The notes beneath the pieces are model-generated. The model made no database searches, was not told the DNA's origin, and saw only the letters and a list, made by a program, of their open reading frames with translations. The position numbers and the translations under genes were made by a program. From the NCBI GenBank assembly GCA_050273025.1, contig CP158635.1:6448001-6512000 (forward strand): 64,000 bases of DNA, written 5' to 3'. This DNA is from Cenococcum geophilum (taxonomy: Eukaryota). Shown here piece by piece: positions 25,844 through 39,000 of this stretch. Numbering within the stretch: position 1 is the stretch's first letter; the number at the start of each line of letters is the position of its first letter.

Positions 25844-28800
25844 TATAGACGTAGTAAAAATGGTTTAAATGGCAGATAAGGGCAAGATAGGCATTTTAGA
25901 CACTCTCGCGTAAGGGGAGTCTTAAAGCAGCAACCTAATAGTGTTTTTCTCCTCCCGTTAATGTAGTACGGATGCTATCTAGAAGTATTACCTCTTACGT
26001 TTCCCTTGGAGGTTTTTTGTTCACCTAAAAAAATGGGTTTTCTTAGTATAATATAAGCTTTTCCTATAGGAATTAGTCTGCGTGGACCTATTAGGGGGAC
26101 TAGGTCGGACGGTAAATTAAATCTACTACTAATACCGCCTTAATACTCTTCTTAGTTAATACTATAGTATATATTACTTATCTGTGCCCTATATATAGCA
26201 TATACTAAGACAAAGTTTAGGTATAATATTGCAGTTAATAGTACGTAGATATACGGTTATGTCTTTACTGCCTAGCTAAGTATACGTTTTGTATATATAT
26301 AGCACCTATAACTATACTAATATAGCTATAGTATCGCCGGCATATCTGTAATAAGCACAGCGGTGCCTATATATACTACTATATTATTATAGTAGCTTTA
26401 GCATATACTTACTATATATAGTAACTAACCTAACCACTAATAATACGCTAGTTGGAGAGCTAATTACGGGTAAGAAGTATATGCTATATATATATAGCGT
26501 ATATACAAGGCTAATATATTATAGCTTTCTAAAACTATTTGTTCTCTTTAGTGCCTAGTAAGATATTAAATACCTATATAAGCCCGGGTATATCTATACC
26601 TATATATTGTATATACATTACTAATAGTATCTATAGTTATAGCCCTTTAGGGTCTAGGATTTTAGAGTATATAGATACTTATATACTCTTTATATATATC
26701 CACTTTATACTATATATACACTTAGCCTAAGCTAATTAGACATAGTGCCTAGGACTAGGGGTTTACGGCCTAGTTTAGTAGGCAATTTTACCGTAAGGTA
26801 AGAGCACTAGTGTTACTTCTATATATACGCACCATACCCTAATATATATATCTATCTATCTATATACTTATTCCTCCTAAGTTTAATTTTAGACCTAAAG
26901 GTACTTATAGGCCTAAGGGTAGTATATATAAGGAATAAGTACGGCTACTACTAAGGCTACTACCTAATTCCGAAACTAATGCACGACTCTATATTTAGGA
27001 GACTAAAAAGGTCTAATTTAGCGTATCCCCTATATATACATTACTAAAACTACTATTTAGTTATATTGCTAGCTTATACGCGTATATACTACGCATATAT
27101 AAACCCCTAATGTCTTTTACTAACTATAGGCTAATACGCGCTTATACTAGGCGTATGCTAATATAAGGAAAACAGCGTATTAGCCCTACTACTCCCTCTA
27201 CTGGCTTAAAGCGTAAAGTTAGTATTTTACCCGTATATATTTAGTATATGCTAATTATATATATAGTGCGGCCTAACCCCCCTAGGCGACCGCAAGGAAT
27301 CCCCCTCACCGTCTATACGCCGTTAAAGCGGTATATTTGCATTACATATGTCCTATATATATACTACTAATATTTAATATAGGGAGTAAAAGAATAACAG
27401 GCCGCTGCCGCGGTAGTAGTAAGAGCTTTAGTAAGTTTAGTTCATTCTATTGCATATATTATGCTTATACTCTATATAAGCAACTCCTACCCTAGGTGGA
27501 ACCTACCGCTCGTCTTACCTTATAGGTTAAGTCCTAGTATATACTAGGCCTGTACACTACATATATAATATATAGTATATATATTTAGAGTTTTGGTAGA
27601 GTTTATAGGGTAAATAGGTTAGGTATATACCCAATATAGGGCTTGGGGGCTATAGGCCTATATTAATTAATTCTTTATTTATAGTAATAAAACTCTATAA
27701 TACTTACTCTCTATATATTATATATATACGCCCTATATACTAACACTATACTCCTACGCCCACTTCTTAAGCTCTACTAGTTCCTTTGCTTTATTATATA
27801 CATCTTTAACCTATTTTAATTTATTAATTTATTACTTTATATTTTTTATATATAGTATATATACCTCCTTTTTTATCTCCTCTATAGATAGGTTAGACCT
27901 ATACCTCTTACCTATAATCCGGGGTGTTTAACTTTAAGATAGTATGGGCAGTATCTACGTTATATATACAGTAGATACGTAAGACGTATCCAATACTAAT
28001 ATAATATTATTATCTGCTATACTTATCTGCGATATAATCTGCCTATTATATATAGTAGGCTTAGAAGTATTAAATAGGTTCTAGGGATTCTAGAAAAGAT
28101 TTAGCTTAGAATTTCTAGCTCGCCGCTTAACTAATTTCTGCTGTTTTTAGGCTCCTTAAGCTTAGTATATACTTTATATTTATAGCGTATATATATATTG
28201 TTTCTATAGCTATACTGCTATCCGCTTTAAGTTACTATAATTTCTCTATATATTATTTATTCCCGTCTTTTTATATAGCTCTTAGAGGTTAAACATTTCT
28301 TATATATAGAGTTTAAGCCTATATTAAAATATTAGAATATGCTGTGCATATATAGAGCGTATACACTATCTTAGTACTATAATAAGTATGCTTAAATTTC
28401 GTCCTGTAAAGTTATTGTCTTAAAAGTGACTACTTTTACTAATTTTAGTATGCTTCCGTATATATACCCACCACTTATAAGGGACTTTTAACTTTTTCTT
28501 TATAAGCCTAGCTAATATCTATATTTTCTTTTTATTATTTATCTAAGACGCAAGCTTCGGATGTAGTATATATATACTTTATATACGCGCAGTAAGTTTC
28601 TGCTTTATTTCTGCTTCTTATATCTACTTTATAATATATCTTGCTTTATAAAGTTCCGTTTAATATATACTATATAGAATACAAGTATATACTAAAGGTA
28701 TTTATCCTATTTATGGGATAGGTTAATTATATATAGGTAATCTCTAAAACCTATATATTGTTAGCATATGCTTGGTATATATAATATATATAGTATATAT

Positions 28801-29863
28801 ACTTACTACTAGCTTATTTCTTATACATATTAACTATAGCCGTATAAAGTCTGGTTCCGTAAATATATACAAATTATATAAATAATTGGGCAGTATTACC
28901 TAAAACCTTAAATACCAGCTTAAATATTGTTATATATGCAGCATATATTTCTAGGTTAAAAAAGGCGTATACCTATACCTTAATTCTTATTATAAGTATT
29001 AGCTTATATACAGTATATATATAGTATAGGGCGCATATATATTTAGAATTCTTATCCTATTTAGTAATTAAGAACAGATTTGTTTTACCTTATACCATTT
29101 TAAATAATAGGTCTATTTTAATATATATTATATATTAGAATGCCTTAGCTTATATATATAATAAGGAAATACTTATTATTAAAGTTATAAATTACCCGGA
29201 TCTATTACTTAGTATTCTCTTTATATTAGTCTATAGAGAATTTGCGTAGCACACTTGCTACGCTTAAGCTCTATATATACTTAGCGTGTATTAAATTTAT
29301 ACTTACCTATATATGCCGTTCCCTTTAGGAATTATAGCATCCTCTCCTTTTAAATTAAAGTAGTAATTTAATCCTTAATATTAAGACTCCTATATACTGC
29401 ACGTAGTGTCTACGTTCTATACTTCCTATATAAAGTATAATATTCTAGTAATAGGATAAATTGACCTATACTATAGTAAGTAGTTTTATTAGTATATACT
29501 ATATATATATACGGGGTATACATATAGTAAGGCTTAGAACTTCCACCTACCTTATTACTTTAACTACATTATTAGTAAGGTTAATTAGTAGCTTTATTAG
29601 GTATAGTGGATAATATATATAAGAATTTCGTATAATAAGGCAAATGTAAAAATACCGTGCTATATTAATAGGAATATAGCAATTTAGCTATGCACCGTAT
29701 ATTTGGCCTACTAATTTACCTTAGCTTTATAGGTGGTTAAACCCTATATAGAGTTAATATATGCCTAGCGTATACACGATATAATATTATATACCGCAAT
29801 ATTTTCGCTTTAATGTTAAATGTCTAATATAGGTATATTCTTATTTTAGTTCTTAAACTTTAT

Positions 29864-30637
29864 TATTATAGGACGGGGGTAGTTGTTACGGCTCGTATAA
29901 ATGCCTCTAAACCGAAGCTTGTAGAATGCTATATTACGAAGATACTAAGCTGAGGAGCAGAAGAAGGTCGAGGAAAGGATAGGTCTATATACACGAGCCA
30001 AGTCTCTAAGCGAGCCCCTGACTAGGCTGCATGTAGACGTCGTAGGGGCGGTGCCCCAGCGCCGTCACAGTAGTGGCTATAGAGCGTATATATTTGAGGA
30101 GTCTATAAAACGTTACGCGATCGATTATAAGGGTTAAGGGCGTAAGGAGGTAATATACCTACGCGTAGCTAATATAAGCTATATATAAGGTATACGCGAG
30201 AGCACGGGGCTCTCCTATAAAGGCCCCTATAGTGGGGTTCTATAATACTACCCCCCCTTTTTATAGAGGCGGAGCTCCGGCGACGCTGTAGTTACTATAT
30301 ATATAAAAGGGATACTTAAGGTATAAAAAAGAAGAAAAGGGGGGGTATTGCTAAAGGCTTAAAATAACGTTATATAATAAGGCTTGGCATTTAAGAATCT
30401 AACTAATTAGATAACTTTAACCGCCGGTTAAAGTTCCTAAATATTTTAACGATATTCCGGTTATATAATCGCAATTTACCGCAATCTAACGGTAATTTAA
30501 CGGTAATTTGCCCTTACGTAGTAATGTATAACGGTTTAACTCTATAAGGGCTCCTATAAAGGATTAGGTATAAAATCTCTGCTTAGGCCCGGTTTTTATA
30601 GGTTTGCGTAGTAAAAGTCGCTAATTAGATCCTTTAC
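29864..30637 (-). mobile_element. Ty3/Gypsy family B: 3' LTR and adjacent internal sequence of a minus-strand copy
   Basis: LTR 29864-30247 (interrupted by a solo LTR) is the reverse complement of 30638-30830 and is followed by the PPT complement CTACCCCCCCTTTT. Confidence 0.8.
29884..30069. mobile_element. Solo LTR (186 bp) of another family, inserted into a family-B LTR
   Basis: TGTTACGGC...GCCGTCACA termini; TSD GTAGT at 29879-83 and 30070-74; little RIP. Confidence 0.88.
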
Positions 30638-31209
30638 TATTACGGAACCCCACTATAGGGGCCTCTATAGTAGAGCCCCGTGCTTTTATATACACCTCGC
30701 GTATAGCTTATATTAGCTACGCGTAGGTATATTACCTCCTTACGCCCTTAACCCTTATGATTAATTATATAACGTCTTGCAGACTCCTTAAATACATACG
30801 CTCTATAGCCACTACCTCTATTCTATAATATTATATTACGCCTTTTTACTACTAACGCTTAGCCTATAACTAATTCTACGTCTCTATAATACTATAGGCG
30901 CTGCTAAAAGCAGTGTATTTATAAATTACCTTACTTTATACTTCTAAGAAACCTATAATAGTAAGATAATATTCCTTACTAGCTACTATATTAAACCTAA
31001 AGAATAATCTAATACCTATACTTAACCTATAACGCTAATTAATCCTAGAAGAATTTAATTTATTAGCCCTAGCCTTAACCCTTAAGAAGATAGACACTAA
31101 TAATATCTTATCTTTTATTAACTATATAACTACGGATAAGTAAATAAAAGGGCTACTACCTATTAAAATTAAAATATAAGACGCCAAGACGTTTATAAAA
31201 ATGGTAGTA

Positions 31210-34200
31210 ATAATAATTCATTACTTAACGTCCGATTCGGATCCCTATTAGGCCCACGCGGACTACTCCTTATATACATATGGGGAGAAAACTCTATTTA
31301 AGAAAACCCTATAATCCATCTCCCCGCCTTTTGGGACTCGCCTATAAGGCGCCTATAGGGCGCCTGCGAGTTACCTATAGTGCTCCTACTACCTTACTTT
31401 TTAACCTCCTTAGGAACCACTGCTGCCGTAACAAGCCTACAGACGCGCTAGTATCGCATACTTTACTCTACTACTGTAGAGTTATCAGGGGGCGCCCATT
31501 GCTCGCCCCCCTACCCTTTATTACCATTTCCCTTATAACCCGGAACTGGTTTAGTATATTTTGGCTAATAAGCCACTAGGTAACCGCCTTAAGGCCTTTT
31601 TATATCGAGAGCAGTATATTATAGTTCTCTGTGCTAGCTACTAAGAGTATTACTTCTCGGTTAGTGCGTAAGGGGCATAACAGTATTACGTGTTTTGGTG
31701 TCTGTCTTAGCTAGCCACATTTACATCTTAGGCTACCTACTAGAATACCCACCTAGTAGAGCCAGTCTTTTAGTCCTATTATTTCTGTTCTTAAGAGTGT
31801 TGCTATTATATTTTTTACCTTCATTAGGCCTTCTTGGAGCCCTAGAGTATTTACCCCCTATAGCGTTAACTATGCTACAGCTTAAGTTCCTCTTACCTTA
31901 GTCAGCCTCTATACCTTTAACTCCTATACACCTCTCCAGCGTTGGTCTAACTAGTATTATATTACGGTAGATAGTTTCCTAGCGTTCTTTTATGCTCTAC
32001 TTTAGCTCCTTTCTCTCTCTTACTATTATCTTTACTGGCCTCTTGCGCGTTTCCCTTCCTCCTCTATATAGGCCTAGGCCCTAAAGCAGCACTATTCTTC
32101 TTCTACTTTCTTTACTTGTTTCTCTAATATATCTTCCCTACTTTAAGGTTATTAGTTTATTCTCCTATAGGGCGCCCTAAGGTCCCTCTATAGTTTATTT
32201 AGGCGCGTCTTAATATACTTTATAATATTAGAGTTACGTTTATTTTACGCCCTTTATATTATAGCGGCTTTAATATATAGTTATAGGGGGGGAATATTAG
32301 CTTCCTTCTTAAGCAGTGCTGTAGCCGTTCGCTTATATGCGCCTATTATACTCTAGAGGCAGGCTATTTAGACCTTTTAAAGTGGTTTAAGAAGCGACTT
32401 AGGGGGGCCTTTCTTAGATTCTCTAATGGCCTAAATACTAGACCTATACGTTATAGTTGGCCAAACAACTGCTGTATATAGTAGGCGTAACCTCTAGAAG
32501 TATGGACCCCATATAGAATTAACGATCCTGGATAATACGATATACTATACTTAGCCCTTACGGGCCGCTTATGCCGCATATACGCTCCACCGGAGCTTAC
32601 TATCTACCTATACTTCTAATACTCTTAGGCCCTAAACTGGTTAACCCCTAAAGCCTTAAATGCGGATTATGTGCTAGAGATCTATAAATTGGTTGCGTTT
32701 TCTTATAAAATAGATTAGCTGGTATTTCTCTAGTAAGAATTAAACTCTATATCGTCTTACCTATTCTATATAGGTATTATAAGCTTTCTCTAGTATTCTG
32801 CAATTCTTTACGGCTGTTGGCCCGTATATAATTAGGTTTATATCATTAACAAAGCCTATCCCTTAGGTCGCCCCTTTTTTAAAGGAGTTAAGTAGGTTGC
32901 TTATAAAGAAAAGGAAGAGTATAGGCGAAAGGGGTAATTCTTATAGTATTCCTGTTATAACTGCAATAAGGGGGCTCTAATATCCGCTAAAGATTAGTAA
33001 TATTTCTTTTTAACCTATAAACCCTTAAATAAATTATATAATCCATTCTAGGAAGCCTTTTACCCTAAGGATATATAAGAGACGCTTATGGGGTACGTTA
33101 TTATAGGCGCTACTAATATCTAAGCTGAGCATTAATACTATAAAGTCCCTTTGCATCGCCCATACAGATTTAATAGTAGCAGCGAGTAGCGTAAGTGCTA
33201 ATAGTATTAAGCGGTTCTTTCTTGCCCCTATTTAGCTCTGTAGTAATAGGGCGTATTCCTTAGCCGTGTCTGCTATATGGTCCGCTATTACCTTTTCTAA
33301 GATCTTACTAAGGGTGTTTTCTAAGGCAATAGGGCGGTAGCTTCCTGGGATTAAGTAATCTGCTTTACCTTCTTTTTATAGGATAACCGTTGTTATAGAT
33401 CTTTTAAGTCGCGGGTAGTAGCCTATAGTAAAGTATACTCTAGCTATATCTGCAAGCTAAAAAGCTATAAGTGGTCTATAGGTCTTTAGGGCCTTATTTA
33501 GAATCCTATCTAGTCCTAGTGCTATATTATTTAAAAGGCAGCTAATAGTTCTAGCCATTTCCTCTATTATTATATCGCTGTTAACCCGTAGGCAAGTTAC
33601 CGGTATTTCACCTATAATATTACTGAGGTCTACTAGAGCTAGTTAGGGGAAGAACCTTTCTATAAGGATCTTTACCTTCTTATCGTTATTATTAGTGGCC
33701 TATAATTCCCCTACTCTTTATAGGGGTAGTAGGTATAGGTCTTCTGCTAATCGCCCTACCTTTTTCTTTACCTATTTTGCTATAGCCCACAGGCCCTTAT
33801 TATAGGGGAGGCTTAGGTTAGACGTATACTTGTTTATAAATCGTCTTCAGTTATTCCTTGCTTCTTTTTTTAGGGTATTCTTTAACTAGTTTCTTGTGTC
33901 TTTATATTATCTCTTATCTTTAGGGTTATAGCTACTTAAGTATTTCCTTCTTACTTATTATTAGCTAGCTATAAGAACCGCGTATTATGCGGACCATGCG
34001 TATTGCGTATAGGGGCCCGGTCTTAAGACCGGACAGTGCTCTTTTAACCCGTTTTTAATCGCTGCCTAGATCCTTTCTAGTCTTTAGTTAATTTCCTTAG
34101 GGGTGGCTAATAAGCCTCGCTCGTTTAGTATCTGGTGGATTTCTTCTAGGTCTTAGAGTTATTATTTAACTGTATTAAGGAAGCTGTCTGCCTTAAGCAT

Positions 34201-34377
34201 CCTTATTGCGTATCTTTTGCTATTTAGATGCGCCTTAATGTCCAAATCTAGCTATATCTAGATGGGGATATGGTCTAAAGTGAGTGCCTATTCTTCTTCG
34301 GGATTGCACCTTTTAAGTCTCTGGTATAGGCCTTCGTCCATAAATATAAGGTCAATTATACTTCTGGCGGATCCTCG
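31210..34377 (-). mobile_element. Tad1-clade LINE, 5'-truncated in the endonuclease domain
   Basis: Minus strand gives IDL..SDHIPI (end of APE), GSYRPIALENTLxKILEK, G(I)PQGSPLSPILF and GFVDD after RIP correction. (ATT)n tail; 14-bp TSD TAAAAATGGTAGTA (31196-31209) / TAAAAATAGTAGTA (34378-34391). Confidence 0.9.
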
Positions 34378-35645
34378 TAAAAATAGTAGTATAAGACCCT
34401 AATAAATACTACCGCCTTTTATAGAACTACTACCTAAAGCTTATACGAGCTAAAATGCGTACTGCCTAAGATTATAATATTATTTAAGACCTATAAGCTT
34501 ATAAGGCGCTCGCCAATAATATACGTTAAGAAACTAAAGATAACTTCTATATATCTAAATGCGACGTTTAACAGTTAAAGAAGAATAAAATTATACTAAT
34601 TACTATAGTTACTAAAAAAGAAGGCATAATTAAATACTTATAATCTTAGCTTAATAAGCATATTTATAATAACGCTAGATACCTCTTTACTATATATAAT
34701 GCCACCTAAGTCTTTACGCCCCTGGTAACTTTACCTACTTAATACTTAATAGAGGGTTAGCGCTAAGTAGTTTTACCTAATAAAAACCCTTACTAAAGTA
34801 GTAATAATAAAAGCTATAATAATTAGACCTAAACTATTACTATAGGGTTTAATATATGCTACCTTAATCCCCTAGTCTTTTAAGGAGACCGTAAGGAATA
34901 TAGCCACTAGAAGATATAAATCTATAAAAAAAACTAACTTAGAGCGCCTACCTTTTTCCTATAGAAGATACTAAAATTAGCTATATTATTAGGTAAATAA
35001 AGGGTATACTATTTAATAGACTCTTCGCCTAATAGGAGATTAGTAGCCCCTAGAAGTAGTAGTCTTACTAAAAAGTTCTTAATAATCTTAACCTAATATA
35101 CCGCGACTATAACCTACTAGCTACTAACTAAGCTAAATTATATACTCTAAAAATAAGCCCTATTAAATTATTTAATAAGTTTTATATTAAATTCTAGGAA
35201 TATACTAGAGCCCTCACTTAAGACAACACTAAAGACTAAAAAGATCTCCTTAAAAAAGTTATTTATTGCCTTAGTTACGCAGCTACTAGCTATAACTATA
35301 ATAATATTTATAATATAGTAGCAGCCCTATAGAAGATTAAACGATAACTAAATTAGATTACTACTATTAACTTTTACCTAAAGACCTCTTTATAGAAGCC
35401 CTCTAGACCTATTAAACCTATATATACTAAGCCACTAACACCTACTACTTTTAATACCACTAGAGCTAATATTAACCTCTTTATACTAACCTTTCCGTAA
35501 AAACTTCTAAATAGAGAGCGTAAGCTACTCTAGAAACTAGGACACTACTATAAATACTATTAAAAAGGCTGCTATTATAATAACCTAAACTACCTAATAG
35601 CTAGGTTTAGTAGCTACCGCCTAATACCTAGCTTAATACCCTAAA

Positions 35646-36069
35646 TGTAACGGAACCTTGTAGCAAGAACTACAATAAGCTCGTTATTAGGCTAGGTGTA
35701 TAGGTGATATAAGTTAAAGTTAATAACGTAATAATAACTGGTAGAGTGGTTGCCTAATAGATTAACTCTAATTATATTCTGAGAATTACTATAAGGAAGG
35801 AACTATCTAGGTAGGGACTGTGGTCCTTTAAATATACAACCGTACTCCTATAAAATCCTTCTTATACGTAATATACGTGTGCTCTATCTACTCTGTCGCG
35901 GATTATATAGATTACACAGATCATACAGATCACGTCATGTGACCTTAGTTACCATTCCTCGTTACATAGCTCTACTGGCTCCATCCTAAACCGTGCCTGA
36001 ATTAACCAACTAGCTTCTTCCGACTCTTCCCCAAGTAGTTATAACATCGTACTTAAAGCGTCCGTAATA
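35646..36069 (-). mobile_element. Solo LTR of Gypsy family A
   Basis: Matches the family-A LTRs; TSD CTAAA at 35641-45 and 36070-74. Confidence 0.93.
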
Positions 36070-39000
36070 CTAAATACTAAATATATTATTATATACTACT
36101 ACTATATAAAATAAAGACGTAGTAATAGCAGTAAAGTTAGATAAAGAAGTAAAAAAACGCTAAGTCCTAACTTTAAGTTATAGGTTAAAACGCCTTAATA
36201 ATAGAGGGATCTATATATCGGCTTACTTAATAAATAACTTAGTAAAGATAAATAGATAGAAATAGATAGTTTTATCTATAATAGAAACTACTACTAAAAA
36301 ATAATATAAAAGCCGTTTTATAATTAATTGCGGAGCTATTAATAAATTTATAGATACCTAGTTTATATATACTTATAACCTACCTACCTTGCCCCTTATT
36401 AAAGCCCGCGCCCTATAACTTACTAATAGTAGTTATACTATATAGAAGATTACCTATATAGTATAACTCTACCTAGATATAAATAGGCACTAGAAAGAAC
36501 TTTAGGCCTATATTATACTACTTACTAACTACTCTATTATCCTTATAATAAACTAGCTTAAATAATATAATCTTACTATTAACTAGAAGAAGAGAAAAGT
36601 AACCTTTAATTTTAAATACTATAAAAAGACTTACCTAGGATATAGCCTAACCGCCTTTATTTACTCCCTAGGATATTAACCTAAGAAACCCCTTATTACC
36701 CTACCTATAACTAACTACTACTATATAAGTGCTCTAGCCTTCTACTATATAGTATATAAGAAAGGCTAGACCGTTATTATAGCTTCCTAATTATAATTAT
36801 ATAAGCTTAATAAAGAATAAAACTACGTCCTTTATAATAATAGAATAAATATAATTAACCTTTTAAAAAATAATGCCTTTACGGAACTTTATAGACTTTT
36901 ACCTTTAGACTTTAAAAAGGTTATAAAGTTTAAAAAAGGACTTACTAATAAAAAACTCCATAAGCTTCTCCCTAAGAGGTATTATAACTTTACTAATATA
37001 TACTTATAAAAGGGCGTAGATATACTCCCCCTATATTAACCTAATAACTATACTATTAATATTAAATAAGGAAAAATGCTACTTTATAAAAGACTCTACC
37101 TAATATTAAAAAATAAACTTTTAGTTATAAAAAAGTATATTAACAAGCACCTTAATAAAGGATTTATTTGTCCCAGTATATTACTAGTAGCTACCCCTAT
37201 TCTTCTTATTAAGAAGCTAAAAGGAGGTATTTAATTCTATATTAACTATAGAGGACTTAACGCTATTATAATTAAAAACTAATACCTAGTACCGCTTATA
37301 CGTAAGACCCTTAAGCGGCTTAGTTAAGCCAAAATCTATACTAAGCTTAATATTATCGCCGCCTTTAACTACCTCTAAATATAAAAAGGTAATAAATAGA
37401 AAACTGTATTTATATTACGCTTTAGCCAATTTAAATATACTATTATACCCTTTAGTGTATATAACGGCCTAGGCACCTTCTAATACTATATTAATAACGC
37501 CTTATAGGACTACCTTAATAATTTCTGCTCTACGTATCTAGATAATATACTTATTTATAGTAATAACCCTTTTAAGTATACTAAATATATTTAAAAGGTC
37601 CTATAACGCCTTAAGAACGTAGGACTTTATATTAATTTAAAAAATATATATATAATTTTAGTTATAGAAGTAAAATACCTTAAACTAATTATTACTACTA
37701 AGGGTATCTATATAGACCCTAAAAAGGTATATATAATTACTAAATAGTAAGCCCCTAACTGTATTAAGGATGTATAAGCCTTTCTTAGTTTTACTAACTT
37801 CTATTAGAAATTTATATATAACTTCTTAGACGTAGTAGTATTAGTTATAGTAATAATATAAATAAATGGCCTTTTTATAAAAGGAAAAAAACGCACCTAT
37901 GCTTTACCTAGACGTCTAAATATAAGAAGGCGTTCTAAGACCTTAAAAATGCCTTTACTAAAGCACCTATTCTAGCTTACTTTATACTAGGATAATAACT
38001 CTATCTTAAAACTAACTCCTTAGACTACGTTATTATAGGTATTTTTCCTAAATGGGTAATAACGGTTTTCTTTACCTAGTTGTATTTTACTCGTCTAAGC
38101 TTATACTATAAAAGTATAACTATAAGATCTATAATAAAGAACTCCTTATAATTATATAAGCGTTTAAAGAATTCTAATTAGAACTTCCCTTAGTAGAGCC
38201 TAACTAGCTAACTAAAGTCCTTATGGACCATTATAACCTTAAGTACTTTATAACTATAAAGTAGCTAAACTAATACTAAGTATATTAGAACGAGTTCCTC
38301 TCTAGTTTTAACTTTAAAATTATATATAAACTAGGAGTATAAGGTACTAAACCTAATAGCCTAATACGCCGCTTATAAGACCTTCCTTAGTTTAAAGGTA
38401 ACCCCTATAATTAGTTCTAATAATAAATAATCCTAAAAGTATAAAATTTAGCTTTAGGTATACTACCTATAATAAAGCTAACTATACCTTAGCTTTATAC
38501 TATAGGACTAAAGTTACCTTTTAAAATTAATAAGCTTATTACTACGGTATATAACAACTCTATTAACCTATTATTATATTAACTTATTACTATAAAGACC
38601 GCTAGCGCCTATATACTACCTACTAACCTCTAAAGCTTAGGCTAGATTAATATAGCAGTTTTAAAAGTAAAAGAGAATAGGCTCTATTATAGAGGCCGCC
38701 TATTTATCCCTAACTTAGAAAATTTATAACAGCAACTAATTTAAATAGCCTATAACCTCTAATTAAGCGGCTACTTAGGTAAAAAAGGAACGCATAAGCT
38801 TCTTAGTCAATACCACTTTTAGCTAAAAATAATAGACTTAGTTAAATACTTTATAGATACCTACTATAGTTATAAGCGCGCTAAGGCCTTTAATATAAAG
38901 TACTAAGGACTACTATACCCTCTATTAGTACCTATATAATAATAGGTAGATATCGCTATAAATTTCGTTATTAACCTACTACCCTATAAATAATACGGCC

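Larger units (their letters stand above)
17221..26128 (+). mobile_element. Short non-autonomous LINE-like element (~950 bp: 17221-17887 plus 25849-26128), split by a Gypsy insertion
   Basis: 15-bp TSD CTAATACCGCCTTAA at 17206-17220 and 26129-26143; (CTA)n tail. The 3' end resembles the 3' end of the Tad1-like LINE at 31216-31264 (minus strand). Confidence 0.8.
16365..29863 (-). mobile_element. Mutator-like (MULE) DNA transposon, RIP-inactivated; pieces at 16365-17220 and 26144-29863, 5' part displaced beyond the window
   Basis: RIP-corrected minus-strand translation gives DDE-type motifs EMDLSFKMVQGKTNLF (~29110), IHGTGL...VDMCKKQ (~28830), FCxVH (CxxH, ~28670) and HTxISESSHF (~28430). Terminal repeat motifs at the left end; exact terminus uncertain. 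Confidence 0.65.
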
